This document shows, piece by piece, positions 41,259-52,023 of a stretch of DNA of 64,000 nt. A model generated the notes under the pieces. It saw nothing but the letters and a program-made list of their open reading frames with translations. It did no database searches and was not told where the DNA came from. The position numbers and the translations under genes were made by a program. Each line of letters opens with the position of its first letter. The first letter of the stretch is position 1. Origin of the DNA: an uncultured cyanobacterium (GTDB taxonomy: Bacteria; Cyanobacteriota; Cyanobacteriia; Cyanobacteriales; Cyanobacteriaceae); the NCBI GenBank assembly GCA_963710605.1, contig CAVQBA010000002.1:1-64000 (forward strand), written 5' to 3'.

Positions 41259-43415
41259 ATGACTATTGAGTCTATGAAAGAAGAAACGATCGATCTCAAC
41301 GATTATCAATATTATTTTAACCGAGAAGTTAGTTGGTTAGAATTTAACCGTCGAGTTTTACAAGAAGCTTTAAACGAAAAAACTCCATTACTAGAAAGAT
41401 TAAAATTTACGGCTATTTTTAGTGCTAATTTAGATGAATTTTTCATGGTAAGAGTTGCCGCTTTAAAAAGACAGATAGAGGCAGAAGTTACTAAAAGAAG
41501 TCTGGATGGGCGTAATGCGATCGAGCAAATAAAAGATATTAATACTCGATTGCGTCCGATGGTAAAGCTACAAACAGATAATTTTGAGACTAACCTTAAA
41601 AAAAATCTAACGCTTGAAGGTATTCATTTACTTGATTTTGTTGATCTTAATCAAGAACAAAGAGAATATATTAGTACTTATTTTAACGGTAATATTTTTC
41701 CCGTCTTAACACCTTTAGCAGTAGATACAAGTCATCCTTTTCCTCACGTTTCTAATCTAAGTCTTAATTTAGCTGTTGTGGTTAAAAATCCAGAAACAGG
41801 AGCAGAATTGTTTGCTCGGGTTAAAGTACCTAAAAGTTTACCTAGATTTGTTTGTTTTCCTGATGATTTAAAACAAGTAAGTTATAAGCATGATCAAACT
41901 CCTTTTTGGGTTGGTGTACCCTTAGAGCAAGTTATAGCACATCATTTAGCCGCTTTATTCCCCGGAATGGATGTACAAGAATGTTATAATTTTCGTCTAA
42001 CTCGTGATGCAGATTTAGGTGTACAAGAAGATGAAGCTGATGACTTATTATTAGCCATTCAACAAGAGTTACGTAAACGTCATTTTGCTGGCTCATCAGT
42101 ACGTTTAGAAATTAATTCGAGTATGCCTGAAAACATTAAAGAAACTCTAATGCACGGCTTATCTTTAACTGAAATGGATATTTATACCATTGATGGATTA
42201 ATCGGTTTGAAAGATTTATTTGTTTTAGCTAGTTTACCCTTACCTGAATTAAAAGATATTCCTTGGAGTGGCGTTGTGCCTAAAGCTTTTGAAAAATTGC
42301 AAGTAACGCCGGCAAATGAAGAAGAAGAACAAAATATTAGTAACGAATTTTTTGCTAAGATTCGTAAGGCTGATTTGATGGTACACCATCCTTATCATTC
42401 TTTTTCTGGTACAGTTCAACAGTTTATCACTCAATCTGCTCATGATCCTAATGTGATGGCGATCAAAATGACTCTTTATCGTACCTCTGGTAATTCACCG
42501 ATCGTTAAAGCCTTAATTGAAGCTGTTGAGAATGGTAAACAAGTCGTTGTCTTAGTAGAATTAAAAGCCCGTTTTGATGAAGAAAATAATATCATTTGGG
42601 CAAGAAAATTAGAAAAAATGGGTGTTCATGTTGTCTATGGTATCGTTGGTTTAAAAACACACACCAAAATTGTTTTAGTTGTACGTAAAGAGAAAGAAAA
42701 AATACGTCGTTATGTTCATATTGGTACTGGCAATTATAATCCGAAAACATCCAAACTTTATACCGATATCGGTTTGATTAGTGCGAATGAAGATTTGGGT
42801 GCTGATTTAACTGATTTGTTTAATTTTTTAACTGGCTACTCCAAACAAAAGTCTTTTCGTAAATTACTTGTCGCTCCGACAACGATGCGTACACGTATAA
42901 TTGAAATGATCGATCGAGAAGCTCAACATTGCCTTGAAGGTAACAGTGGCAGAATTGTAGCTAAAATGAATTCCTTAGTTGATTTAGAAATGATTAAAGC
43001 TTTATATAAAGCCTCTCAAGCAGGAGTAAAAATCGACTTAATTATCCGAGGTATTTGTTGTTTACGCCCTGGTGTTGAAAACATAAGTGAAAACATAAAC
43101 GTGATTAGTATAATTGGGCGTTTTTTAGAACATTCACGAGTTTTTTATTTTCATAACAATTCTGAAGAAGAAATTTATATAGGTAGTGCTGATTGGATGA
43201 CTCGGAATTTATCTCGCAGAGTAGAAGCAGTAACCCCAATAGAAAGCCCTAAACTTTTAGCCCAATTACAAGAAATACTTGGTATCATGTTGGCTGATAA
43301 TGTTCAAGCGTGGGATTTACAACCTGATGGTAGTTATATTCAACGTCAACCAAATTCAAAAGAAAAAGAATTAGGCACTCATCAAAAACTAATGGAAATG
43401 GCAAGTTTAGAATAA
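41259..43415 (+). CDS. ppk1: Polyphosphate kinase 1
   Basis: NREVSWLEFN, NLDEFFMVRV, HHPYHSF, KTHTK, RFLEHSR. Confidence 0.96.
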   Translation: MTIESMKEETIDLNDYQYYFNREVSWLEFNRRVLQEALNEKTPLLERLKFTAIFSANLDEFFMVRVAALKRQIEAEVTKRSLDGRNAIEQIKDINTRLRPMVKLQTDNFETNLKKNLTLEGIHLLDFVDLNQEQREYISTYFNGNIFPVLTPLAVDTSHPFPHVSNLSLNLAVVVKNPETGAELFARVKVPKSLPRFVCFPDDLKQVSYKHDQTPFWVGVPLEQVIAHHLAALFPGMDVQECYNFRLTRDADLGVQEDEADDLLLAIQQELRKRHFAGSSVRLEINSSMPENIKETLMHGLSLTEMDIYTIDGLIGLKDLFVLASLPLPELKDIPWSGVVPKAFEKLQVTPANEEEEQNISNEFFAKIRKADLMVHHPYHSFSGTVQQFITQSAHDPNVMAIKMTLYRTSGNSPIVKALIEAVENGKQVVVLVELKARFDEENNIIWARKLEKMGVHVVYGIVGLKTHTKIVLVVRKEKEKIRRYVHIGTGNYNPKTSKLYTDIGLISANEDLGADLTDLFNFLTGYSKQKSFRKLLVAPTTMRTRIIEMIDREAQHCLEGNSGRIVAKMNSLVDLEMIKALYKASQAGVKIDLIIRGICCLRPGVENISENINVISIIGRFLEHSRVFYFHNNSEEEIYIGSADWMTRNLSRRVEAVTPIESPKLLAQLQEILGIMLADNVQAWDLQPDGSYIQRQPNSKEKELGTHQKLMEMASLE

Positions 43416-43699
43416 TGGAGAATTGCTTTTCTAACATGATTATTGTATATCCATATTCGATCGTAAACATATATGTATAGTCGTCTAAAAAAAGAATTGA
43501 GACAGTTTTAATAATCGTAAAAATGTGAGTAGCAAATCCGATGAGCAATTATCATTACAAGGCTAACAAAATCCGTTTAATAAATTAAACTCTAATTTAC
43601 CAGCACCAAGTTGTCTCATTTTTATCTGAAATAACTATAATTGTAATCAAGAATCTATACTTCTAAATTTACTTCAAGAAAAACTAAGTTTAATCTCTG

Positions 43700-45289
43700 A
43701 TGACTGATAAATTATCGCTCCGAGAAAAAATAGGACAATTAATAGTTGTTCGTACTACAGGTTATCTTTTTGATCATCAAATTCGTTATCCTGCATGGGA
43801 AGCAAATCAAACTCAATTACAAAGATGGCTGAGTGAGTTAAATATTGGTGGTGTGATACTTTTAGGTGGTAGTTGTGCGGAGATTGCTTATCGCACTCAG
43901 CAGTTACAATCATGGGCGAAAACACCTTTATTTGTTTCGGCGGATATCGAGGAAGGTGTTGGGCAGAGATTTACAGGGGCAAGTTGGTTTCCTCCTCCAA
44001 TGGCTTTATCACAAATTGCACAGAATAATTATAGCCTCGCAATTGAATATGCCTATCAAATGGGAAAAATAACCGCCGAGGAAGCTAGTGCGATCGGGAT
44101 TAATTGGATTTTAGCACCTGTAACTGATGTCAACAATAATCCTGATAACCCTGTAATTAATGTCCGTGCTTTTGGTGATAATCCTCAAATTGTTGCTGAT
44201 TTGGCGACTGCTTTTATTCAAGGTTGTCAATCCTTACCGATTCTAACTACAGCTAAACATTTTCCCGGGCATGGCGATACGGCGACAGATTCTCATTTAG
44301 ATTTACCTCGCCTTAGTCATAGTTTGGCTAGATTAAATGAAGTTGAATTACAACCTTTTCAAAAAGTTATTGATGAAGGTGTTGATACTGTCATGACTGC
44401 TCATTTGTTAGTCGAAAGTTTTGATAAGAATAATCCTGCTACTTTATCTTCGGCGATTTTGACTACTCAGTTAAGGGAGAAAATGGGTTTTGATGGCTTG
44501 ATTGTTACTGATGCTTTAATTATGGGTGGTGTGGCTAAATACGCTTCTACTGAAGAAATTGCGGTTAAAGCGATTCTTGCTGGGGCTGATATTTTATTAA
44601 TGCCTGAAAATCCTGAAGTTGCGATCGATTCATTAATTAAAGCGATCGATGATGGTATTATTTCCTCAAGCAGAATTGATCGTAGTTTAGCCCGTATTCA
44701 AACTGCTAAAGAAAAATTATTTACGCATAAAAACGATCGTTCACAACCATTAGCTATTGATGCTATTAGCTCCATATCTTCACAAAAGACTGTTAAAGAA
44801 ATTTTAAACCAAAGTACTATAATTGATGGTAATATACCTCTAAAAACGCAGTCTGAGGGGATAAATTTAGTGGTAGTGGATGATTTACTAGGTTGCGATT
44901 TTCTCGATCGACAAACAGCGGCGATTACTATTCCGACAACTTTTAATTACCAAACGCAAATTATTGAACAAAAAAATCTCTATTTCGCCTCTCAACAGCA
45001 ATCTATTTTATTACAAATCTTTATTCGTGGTAATCCGTTTAAAGGTAGTGCGGGTTTGACACAAAAATTACAATCTTTTTATCAACAACTGGTAAAAGAC
45101 AATACCATTGAGGCATTAGTAATCTATGGTAGTCCTTACGTTCAATCTTGGTTTCGATCGTTTTTACCCGTTGAGACACCTTGGGTATTTAGCTACGGGC
45201 AAATGCCTGAGGCACAAACTATAGTTCATCAAAAGCTATTTGGTTTAGACTCAGATGTACCAGAATTAAACAAAGGAGACTTTTTGTAA
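43700..45289 (+). CDS. Glycoside hydrolase family 3 (beta-N-acetylhexosaminidase-like)
   Basis: DIEEG, KHFPGHGDTATDSH, VTDALIM. Confidence 0.92.
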   Translation: MTDKLSLREKIGQLIVVRTTGYLFDHQIRYPAWEANQTQLQRWLSELNIGGVILLGGSCAEIAYRTQQLQSWAKTPLFVSADIEEGVGQRFTGASWFPPPMALSQIAQNNYSLAIEYAYQMGKITAEEASAIGINWILAPVTDVNNNPDNPVINVRAFGDNPQIVADLATAFIQGCQSLPILTTAKHFPGHGDTATDSHLDLPRLSHSLARLNEVELQPFQKVIDEGVDTVMTAHLLVESFDKNNPATLSSAILTTQLREKMGFDGLIVTDALIMGGVAKYASTEEIAVKAILAGADILLMPENPEVAIDSLIKAIDDGIISSSRIDRSLARIQTAKEKLFTHKNDRSQPLAIDAISSISSQKTVKEILNQSTIIDGNIPLKTQSEGINLVVVDDLLGCDFLDRQTAAITIPTTFNYQTQIIEQKNLYFASQQQSILLQIFIRGNPFKGSAGLTQKLQSFYQQLVKDNTIEALVIYGSPYVQSWFRSFLPVETPWVFSYGQMPEAQTIVHQKLFGLDSDVPELNKGDFL

Positions 45290-45349
45290 TCAATTCTCAA
45301 TTGAGGAATTAGTAACAACCAATCATAACCAAAATTTAACCAGCAAAAA

Positions 45350-45365
45350 TGTATTTTAAGATACA
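45350..45365 (+). promoter_or_regulatory. Putative NtcA box
   Basis: TGTA-TTTTAAGA-TACA (GTA-N8-TAC), ~80 nt upstream of 45447. Confidence 0.5.
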
Positions 45366-45446
45366 TTAAGTAACTATAAACAAAATTAATAAGTTAGACT
45401 ATAGTAGAAAACTAAGACTCTAAATAATCAATACGGGGTAAAAATA

Positions 45447-45680
45447 ATGGCAACCTTGAATAGAATTGCAACAAATTACTCGATCGATACAATTAAAGAC
45501 GAAGCACGTCACTTAGTAGAAAAAGGCTCTATAAGTCGTCATCAACCAATATACATACTTTGTCAATATATTCCTGCTAGGGAATGGGTTTGTGTTGAAT
45601 GTGAATTAGAAAAATGTGATTTCTTATTAAGAGATCAAATCGGTGATTTAGTTGCCTGTGAAAGTTGGGACAACGATTAA
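45447..45680 (+). CDS. DUF4327 family protein
   Basis: IKDEARHLV..RHQPIY..IPAREW..ELE..DFLLRD pattern. Confidence 0.8.
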   Translation: MATLNRIATNYSIDTIKDEARHLVEKGSISRHQPIYILCQYIPAREWVCVECELEKCDFLLRDQIGDLVACESWDND

Positions 45681-45772
45681 ACAATGTCAACAGTGAACAG
45701 TGCCAAGAGTGAACAACCATTAACTATATAACGCTTTTCACTGAATAATCTTTAATTATCAATTGTTAATGC

Positions 45773-46837
45773 TCAACTGTCAATGATAATTCGATCGATA
45801 CTTTGAGCTAACCTTTCATTTTGCTCTTCGTGTTTAATTGCTACTCGAAAGTATTTTTCTCCTAACTCAGGAAAACTTAAACAGTCACGAATAAATATCT
45901 GCTCTTGTTGGAGTAGTTTTAATTGTAATTCGGGTACTTTCATCTTACCCTTACTTTCAACTAATAAAAAATTAGTTTGACTAGGAAAAACGTTTAGTTG
46001 TTTGATACTGCTTAGTTGCTCAACTAACTTTTGTTTTGCTTTAGGTAGCCATTGCCAAGTTAATTTTTCAAATTCTGTATCTTGTATAACAGCACTTCCT
46101 GCTATAGAAGCTAAAGTATTAACAGACCAAGGATCTCGCCACTTTTGCCATCGATCGATTCTAGTTTGATGACTCACTCCATAACCAATTCTCAAGCCGG
46201 GTAAACTATAAAACTTAGTTAATGACCTTAAAATAACTAAATTATCATAATCACTAACCATAGCCAACAAACTCTGTTGCTGATTCGGTGGTAAAAAATC
46301 CATAAACGCTTCATCAATTATCACCAAAGCAAATAAACGCAGATAAGGTAATAAAGTCTCTCTATTCCATAACTTACCCGTAGGATTATGAGGATTATTA
46401 ATCAATAAAGCCCATTGATGAGGATGTACGATATCAAAACCTGTTTCTATTGCATTAAGAGGATAAGAAACACTATGGAGATTAAAAGTTGCTAATGCTC
46501 TTTTATAATCAGCAAAACAAGGGGCGGGTAATAAAACACCCTTAAGACTTTTAACTTCCCAAGCCATCCAAGTCAACAATTCAGCCGCACCATTAGCCGG
46601 CAAAATCGATCGAGGATTAAGATTATATTTATCCGCAATTACCTCACGAAATAGAGGATAATTAGGGTTAGGATAATCTTTTAATTGGGATAAACCTTGA
46701 TTAAGGATAGCATCGATCGCACTTTGGGGAGGACCTAAAGGATTGATACTTGCCGAAAAATCGACAATCGCACAAAGAGGGCAGTTGGCAATACTGACTG
46801 CCCAATCTAAATTACCGCCATGAGTTGGTCTTGTCAA
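45773..46837 (-). CDS. cobD: Threonine-phosphate decarboxylase
   Basis: HGGN, DFSASINPLG, NNPHNPTG, DEAF, SLTKFYSLPGLRIGY. Confidence 0.88.
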   Translation of the reverse strand: MTRPTHGGNLDWAVSIANCPLCAIVDFSASINPLGPPQSAIDAILNQGLSQLKDYPNPNYPLFREVIADKYNLNPRSILPANGAAELLTWMAWEVKSLKGVLLPAPCFADYKRALATFNLHSVSYPLNAIETGFDIVHPHQWALLINNPHNPTGKLWNRETLLPYLRLFALVIIDEAFMDFLPPNQQQSLLAMVSDYDNLVILRSLTKFYSLPGLRIGYGVSHQTRIDRWQKWRDPWSVNTLASIAGSAVIQDTEFEKLTWQWLPKAKQKLVEQLSSIKQLNVFPSQTNFLLVESKGKMKVPELQLKLLQQEQIFIRDCLSFPELGEKYFRVAIKHEEQNERLAQSIDRIIIDS

Positions 46838-46915
46838 AATAGTTAAAATAGTAACAATTAGGAGCAAAAATCTTCCATTAAAGGAATAATTGATTTCTGC
46901 TCTTTATGGTAATCC

Positions 46916-47200
46916 TTAAGATTTAGGTGGTGCAACTTTTTCTTTGAACAATTTACCCGCTGAAAAAGCAGGTACTTCTGTTGCTGGAATTTGCATTTTT
47001 TCTGCTGTTTTAGGGTTACGCCCCTCTCTAGCTTTTCTATGACGGCGTTCAAATGAACCAAAACCGACCAAAGTTACTTTATCTCCAGATGCAACCGCTT
47101 CCATAATTGATTCAATAGTTGCACTGATTACGGTATCAGCTTGTTTTTTTGTGACTTCAGCTTTAGACGCTACTGCATCTACTAATTCACCCTTATTCAT
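46916..47200 (-). CDS. hup: HU DNA-binding protein
   Basis: MNKGELV...GFGSF...GRNPKT...PAFSAGK. Confidence 0.96.
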   Translation of the reverse strand: MNKGELVDAVASKAEVTKKQADTVISATIESIMEAVASGDKVTLVGFGSFERRHRKAREGRNPKTAEKMQIPATEVPAFSAGKLFKEKVAPPKS

Positions 47201-47810
47201 AAATCGACTTTCCTCTTATTTGATATTTATCGTACCCAAAATAGTATTAATTATTTTAATAGCTGAAATAACCATAAAATAAGTGTTCCACTCTTTTCGG
47301 CACTAGATCTGATATTACATGATTAAACGCTGAAATGTTGAAATATGATAGTTTTTCTCAATTTTTTTACATTTTTTCGTATATTTGTAAAGATGTGTAA
47401 AAAATAAACATCAAAATGTGATCAGAACGAGAGTCTATGTTTACAATTCATAATTAGACTATTTTGTTAGGCAGTTCAAAGTGAGTGTAACAATGTGCGA
47501 TTAATTCTCACTCTAAGCAATTATTACTTTTTTCTCGTTAAAAGGTTAAGGTTACCTATAACAAAATTAAATAATGGTGGAACTCTTTAAAAATAGAATA
47601 GAGTAGTTTCGAGATACGTAAATGAATTTAGAAGCTTGGCAAAAGCAATATTTTAAAAATTAACCAGCTCATATTAGCAAAAGTCTTTGTGCTATTAAAT
47701 ATCTTGGAGAAAGCACAAATCGATAACAGATTCAAAATACTCTCGAACATATTTGTTATTTAGTTACTCAATCATAAAAAAATGGAAAAAGAGTAATCAA
47801 GTTTTTTTAT

Positions 47811-49172
47811 CAAAAGTGGAGTTTGAGGAGCAATAAAACCCCGCACCTTCAGGTCGGGGATACATGGACTCCTCAAGGTAATTTTAAAGCCCTCGGCGGG
47901 CGGTAAAAAATACTATTACCATTCTGTTAATAGTATGCTATACTTTGACATAAGATTCAAGAAATTAAGAAATGCTCAAAGCGATAAAGTACCGAATTTA
48001 CCCTGATGACTCTCAGAAGACTTTGTTGAATAAGTCTTTCGGATGTTGTCGTTGGTACTTTAACTACGCATTGGGGAGAACGAATGAAACGTACAAGGAG
48101 ACTGGAAAAGGTTTAAGTAGAAATACAATCATCAAGCTATTGCCAGTTTTAAAGAAAGAACATGAATGGTTAACAGAACCTCCTTCTCAAGCCTTGCAAC
48201 AAGTCGCTTTAGACCTCTCTAGTGCATTTTTGAACTTCTTTGAAGGTAGAGCAAAGTTCCCTCGTTTTAAGAAAAAAGGTAATCGTCAATCTATGCGTTT
48301 GCCTCAAGGATGCAAACTATTAGAAGATACAATCAAACTCCCAAAAATAGGAGAAGTATATTGTAAAATATCTAAACGATTAGAAGGGGAACTTAAATCT
48401 GTCACTGTGAGTAAAGCTCCATCAGACAAATACTATGTTAGTTGTTTGTATGATGATGGTAAATGTTTACCTGAAAAGTCTTCACAAGGCAAGGCGATAG
48501 GTATAGATATGGGTTTAACTCACTATGCAATTACCTCAGAAGGCTCAAAGCATGGTAATCCAAAATACTACCGTAAGTATGAAAATAAGTTGGGTAAACA
48601 ACAAAGACGGTTAAGTAAAAAGGTAAAAGGTTCTAAAAACCGTTACAAAGCAAGAGTCAAGGTTGCTAAGGTTCAAGAAAAAATATCAAGATGTAGAGAA
48701 GATTTCCTCCATAAACTAAGTCGTAAATTAGTGGACGAAAACCAAGTCATTTGTGTGGAGAATCTAGCCGTAAAAAACATGGTGAAAAACCACAAACTAG
48801 CTAAGTCTATTAGTGATGCTAGTTGGGGAATGTTTTGTACTATGTTGAAATACAAGGCAGAATGGGCAGGGAAAACCTACATAGAGGTAGGTAGATTTTA
48901 CCCTAGCTCAAAAACTTGTAATAATTGCTTACATCAAGTGGATAAATTACCTTTAGATATTCGGCAGTGGCAATGTCCTAGTTGTAAAGCAGTTCAGGAC
49001 AGAGATATTAACGCCAGTCGAAACATCAGGGATGAAGGATTACGAATTTTAGGGGTAGGACGTATCCCGATAGCTTCTGGAGAACGAGTAAGACCAAGTA
49101 AAGGCACTGCTTTTGTAAGGCATCATTCTACGAAGGAAGAATCCACTCGCCTTTAGGCAGTGGAGAAGTCAA
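47811..49172 (+). mobile_element. IS200/IS605-family element, tnpB only (IS1341-type)
   Basis: Left hairpin CCCCGCACC-TTCA-GGTCGGGG (~47839-47859). Right end GAAT-CCACTCGCC-TTTA-GGCAGTGG-AGAAG-TCAA. The left boundary is approximate. Confidence 0.8.
47972..49156 (+). CDS. tnpB: TnpB RNA-guided endonuclease, intact
   Basis: N-terminal KYRIYP, RuvC motifs GIDMG / VENL / DRDINA, zinc finger CNNC..CPSC. Confidence 0.93.
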   Translation: MLKAIKYRIYPDDSQKTLLNKSFGCCRWYFNYALGRTNETYKETGKGLSRNTIIKLLPVLKKEHEWLTEPPSQALQQVALDLSSAFLNFFEGRAKFPRFKKKGNRQSMRLPQGCKLLEDTIKLPKIGEVYCKISKRLEGELKSVTVSKAPSDKYYVSCLYDDGKCLPEKSSQGKAIGIDMGLTHYAITSEGSKHGNPKYYRKYENKLGKQQRRLSKKVKGSKNRYKARVKVAKVQEKISRCREDFLHKLSRKLVDENQVICVENLAVKNMVKNHKLAKSISDASWGMFCTMLKYKAEWAGKTYIEVGRFYPSSKTCNNCLHQVDKLPLDIRQWQCPSCKAVQDRDINASRNIRDEGLRILGVGRIPIASGERVRPSKGTAFVRHHSTKEESTRL

Positions 49173-49191
49173 TGAACGTATCAACTAAACA

Positions 49192-50019
49192 ATGTCAAAC
49201 ATAGAGTTACCTGAAAATCTAGAAATTTATCGAGAAAAAATAGAAGCAACCATTAAACCTTATCTTCAAATCGAATTAACTCAACAAGATAAGCCCGATT
49301 GGTGGGATAGTAAATTTGGTGGTTTACCTTATTTACCAAAAAATTACGAATATCCTAAAAATAGTCAAGGTGAATATCTTTATCTGTTAGCACAAATTAA
49401 TTTTGCTCAAACACCTGAATTAAAAGATTTTCCCGATCGAGGAATTTTACAGTTTTATATTCTTGCCGATGAGACTTATGGAATGAAATTTCCTGATACT
49501 TTTGAAGAAATGGTTTTACTCAATACTCAACAAGATAATTTTCGAGTAATATACTTTCCTGAAATAAGTTTAAATACAGATGATATATTAACTGATTTTA
49601 GCTTCTTACCAGCAATTAAAGATGATTATTATTATCTTCCCATGAGTGGTTGTTGTGCGATCGATTTTTCCTATCAAACATCTCCTATCAGTATTGTTGA
49701 TTATAACTTTGACTTTTTTCCTAATAATGATTTTTCTAATGAATTTTACAACTCTCTTTACGATTTATATTACGATCGTTTTCCCTGCAACGGTCATAAA
49801 ATAGGAGGCTATCCTAATTTCGTCCAACAAGATCCGCGTTATTCTCTTAAAGAAGATGAAGAAGAACCTTATATTTTACTTTTTCAGATGGATTCTGACT
49901 GGAATGAGATGATTAATATTTTCTGGGGAGATGGTGGTGTTGGTAACTTTTTTATTAAGAAATCTGCTTTGCAAAAATTAGATTTCAGTCAAGTTTTATA
50001 TAACTGGGATTGCGGTTAA
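49192..50019 (+). CDS. YwqG / DUF1963 family protein, copy 1
   Basis: SKFGGLPYLP, LAQINF, GILQFY, HKIGGYP..Q.DPR, WGD.G, YNWDC. Confidence 0.85.
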   Translation: MSNIELPENLEIYREKIEATIKPYLQIELTQQDKPDWWDSKFGGLPYLPKNYEYPKNSQGEYLYLLAQINFAQTPELKDFPDRGILQFYILADETYGMKFPDTFEEMVLLNTQQDNFRVIYFPEISLNTDDILTDFSFLPAIKDDYYYLPMSGCCAIDFSYQTSPISIVDYNFDFFPNNDFSNEFYNSLYDLYYDRFPCNGHKIGGYPNFVQQDPRYSLKEDEEEPYILLFQMDSDWNEMINIFWGDGGVGNFFIKKSALQKLDFSQVLYNWDCG

Positions 50020-50086
50020 AATTTGAAGTTTAATAAAGATAGCGATCGTCATTATCTAAAATTATTTATATTTAACTTGCCAAAAA

Positions 50087-50998
50087 ATGAATCATAAATT
50101 GAATTTAGAGTTACCTGAAAATCTAGAAATTTATCGAGAAAAAATAGAAGCGACTATTAAACCTTATCTTCAAATCGAATTAACTCAACAAGATAAGCCC
50201 GATTGGTGGGATAGTAAATTTGGTGGTTTACCTTATCTACCAAAAAGCTATGAATATCCTAAAAATAGTCAAGGTGAATATCTTTATCTGTTAGCACAAA
50301 TTAATTTTGCTCAAACACCTGAATTAAAAGATTTTCCCGATCGAGGAATTTTACAGTTTTATATTCTTGCCGATGAGACTTATGGGAAAAAATTTCCTAG
50401 TTTAGAATCATTTGAAAATGTCCAACAGAATATTTTACTCATGACTCAACAAGATAAACTTCAGGAATTTTTAGAAAGTTTTGCAAAGGATAATTTGTTT
50501 CGTAATACTCAACAAGATAATTTTCGAGTAATCTATTTTCCTGAAATTAGTTTTAACCTTGATGATATCCTAACTGATTTCAGCTTTTTACCTCCTATAA
50601 AAGACTATTATTTCCCTATCGAAAAAGGATGCTGTGCGATCGACTTTTCCTATCAAATATCTCCAATCGGTTTTCGTGATTATCAATTTAATATTTTTGA
50701 TTCGGATAAACAGGATGAAAATATTGATCAACAGCCTGATGAAGAAACATATAGTAAGTTTTTTCCTTGCAATGGTCATAAAATAGGAGGCTATCCTCAT
50801 TTTACCCAAGACGATCCACGTTATCTCTTAGAAGAAGATGAAGACCCTTATATTTTACTTTTTCAGATGGTTTCTCAGGATAATAAATCGATCTATATAA
50901 TGTGGGGAGATTGCGGTGTTGCTAACTTTTTTATTAAGAAATCTGCTTTAAAACGATTAGATTTTAGTCAAGTTTTATATAACTGGGATTGCGGTTAA
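50087..50998 (+). CDS. YwqG / DUF1963 family protein, copy 2
   Basis: Same motifs as copy 1; the first ~100 aa are nearly identical. Confidence 0.85.
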   Translation: MNHKLNLELPENLEIYREKIEATIKPYLQIELTQQDKPDWWDSKFGGLPYLPKSYEYPKNSQGEYLYLLAQINFAQTPELKDFPDRGILQFYILADETYGKKFPSLESFENVQQNILLMTQQDKLQEFLESFAKDNLFRNTQQDNFRVIYFPEISFNLDDILTDFSFLPPIKDYYFPIEKGCCAIDFSYQISPIGFRDYQFNIFDSDKQDENIDQQPDEETYSKFFPCNGHKIGGYPHFTQDDPRYLLEEDEDPYILLFQMVSQDNKSIYIMWGDCGVANFFIKKSALKRLDFSQVLYNWDCG

Positions 50999-51266
50999 AA
51001 TTTGAAGTTTAATAAAGATAGCGATCGATATTACTACAAAACACATTGTTATTTTTTTTAGGTTTCAACTTTGTAATGTTACTGTTGTTGTTTTAAAAAA
51101 CTGTATTTATTTATTGACGAAATATTATTGATGCTTTTAAGAAAAAAAGTTGAAGTTTAATTTATTAAACGGATTCTATTAGCGTAATGGAGATTTATTG
51201 CAAGGTGGGTTAAAAGCTCACATTTTTTTGACTATTGTTAAGCATTAGCTCAAAATTCCCAGTTAT

Positions 51267-51647
51267 CTAGCTGACTTGCTCAAAATCTTGACAGTCTTCG
51301 CATGGCCCGGATGGATTAATCGCACATCGTAAAAAAGGCGAACGAGCATTATGAATACAAAGAGGATTACCAAGCATTTTGTCAGGAGGCAGAATAATAC
51401 GATCTAACCTTGCCAGACGAAAGCTACAAGTGCGTCGAGAGCGAATTCTAAAATCTGCTTCTATCAAACAGGCTTTGTCAAAATTACAAGTAACCAAAGT
51501 GGCATTAGCGAAATTCGCACCATGAAGATTTGCACCACTAAAGTCACAACAAAAGAGAATAGTATCTTGAAAATCTGCACCAGTAAGATCTCGATCGCTA
51601 AAGTTATTGAGAATCAAGCGTTCACCACGATAGTTTTTTGAAGACAT
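51267..51647 (-). CDS. Pentapeptide repeat protein with C-terminal Cys-rich (DUF6464-like) domain
   Basis: ADF/ANL repeats, then C.HNARSPFLRCAINPSGPC..C. Confidence 0.75.
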   Translation of the reverse strand: MSSKNYRGERLILNNFSDRDLTGADFQDTILFCCDFSGANLHGANFANATLVTCNFDKACLIEADFRIRSRRTCSFRLARLDRIILPPDKMLGNPLCIHNARSPFLRCAINPSGPCEDCQDFEQVS

Positions 51648-51807
51648 GATTAATCAAATAGTGAATTTGAATCGATCGTAGCATATTTAGTTATAGTTGA
51701 TGTTAGACACAATTGTTGTCTTTTAGTCACAATCTAATTAAGTAAACAGATAGATAAAATATAGATATTTTCATTGCTCATTATTGATTAATTAATTAAA
51801 AAATATC

Positions 51808-52023
51808 ATGAAAACATTTACAGCTATTATCGAAAAAGATTTAGATACACATCTTTATGTTGGATATGTACCAGGTTTTTCAGGAGCACATTCTCAAGGA
51901 GAAACATTAGAAGAATTACAAGAAAATTTAGCTGAAGTAATTGAGATGCTTTTAGAAGATGAAAAATTAGTATTAAAGACACAATTCGTTGGCACTCAGC
52001 AAATTACAATTCCATCATCATGA
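51808..52023 (+). CDS. HicB-like antitoxin (short)
   Basis: VPGFSGAHSQGETLEELQENLAEVIE. Confidence 0.85.
   Translation: MKTFTAIIEKDLDTHLYVGYVPGFSGAHSQGETLEELQENLAEVIEMLLEDEKLVLKTQFVGTQQITIPSS

Noticed and set aside
47622-47810. Possible decayed ORF before the tnpB element
   Set aside because: Several in-frame stops and no recognisable family.
47972-49156. Cas12f / type V effector
   Set aside because: No CRISPR array; IS605-type end hairpins indicate transposon TnpB.
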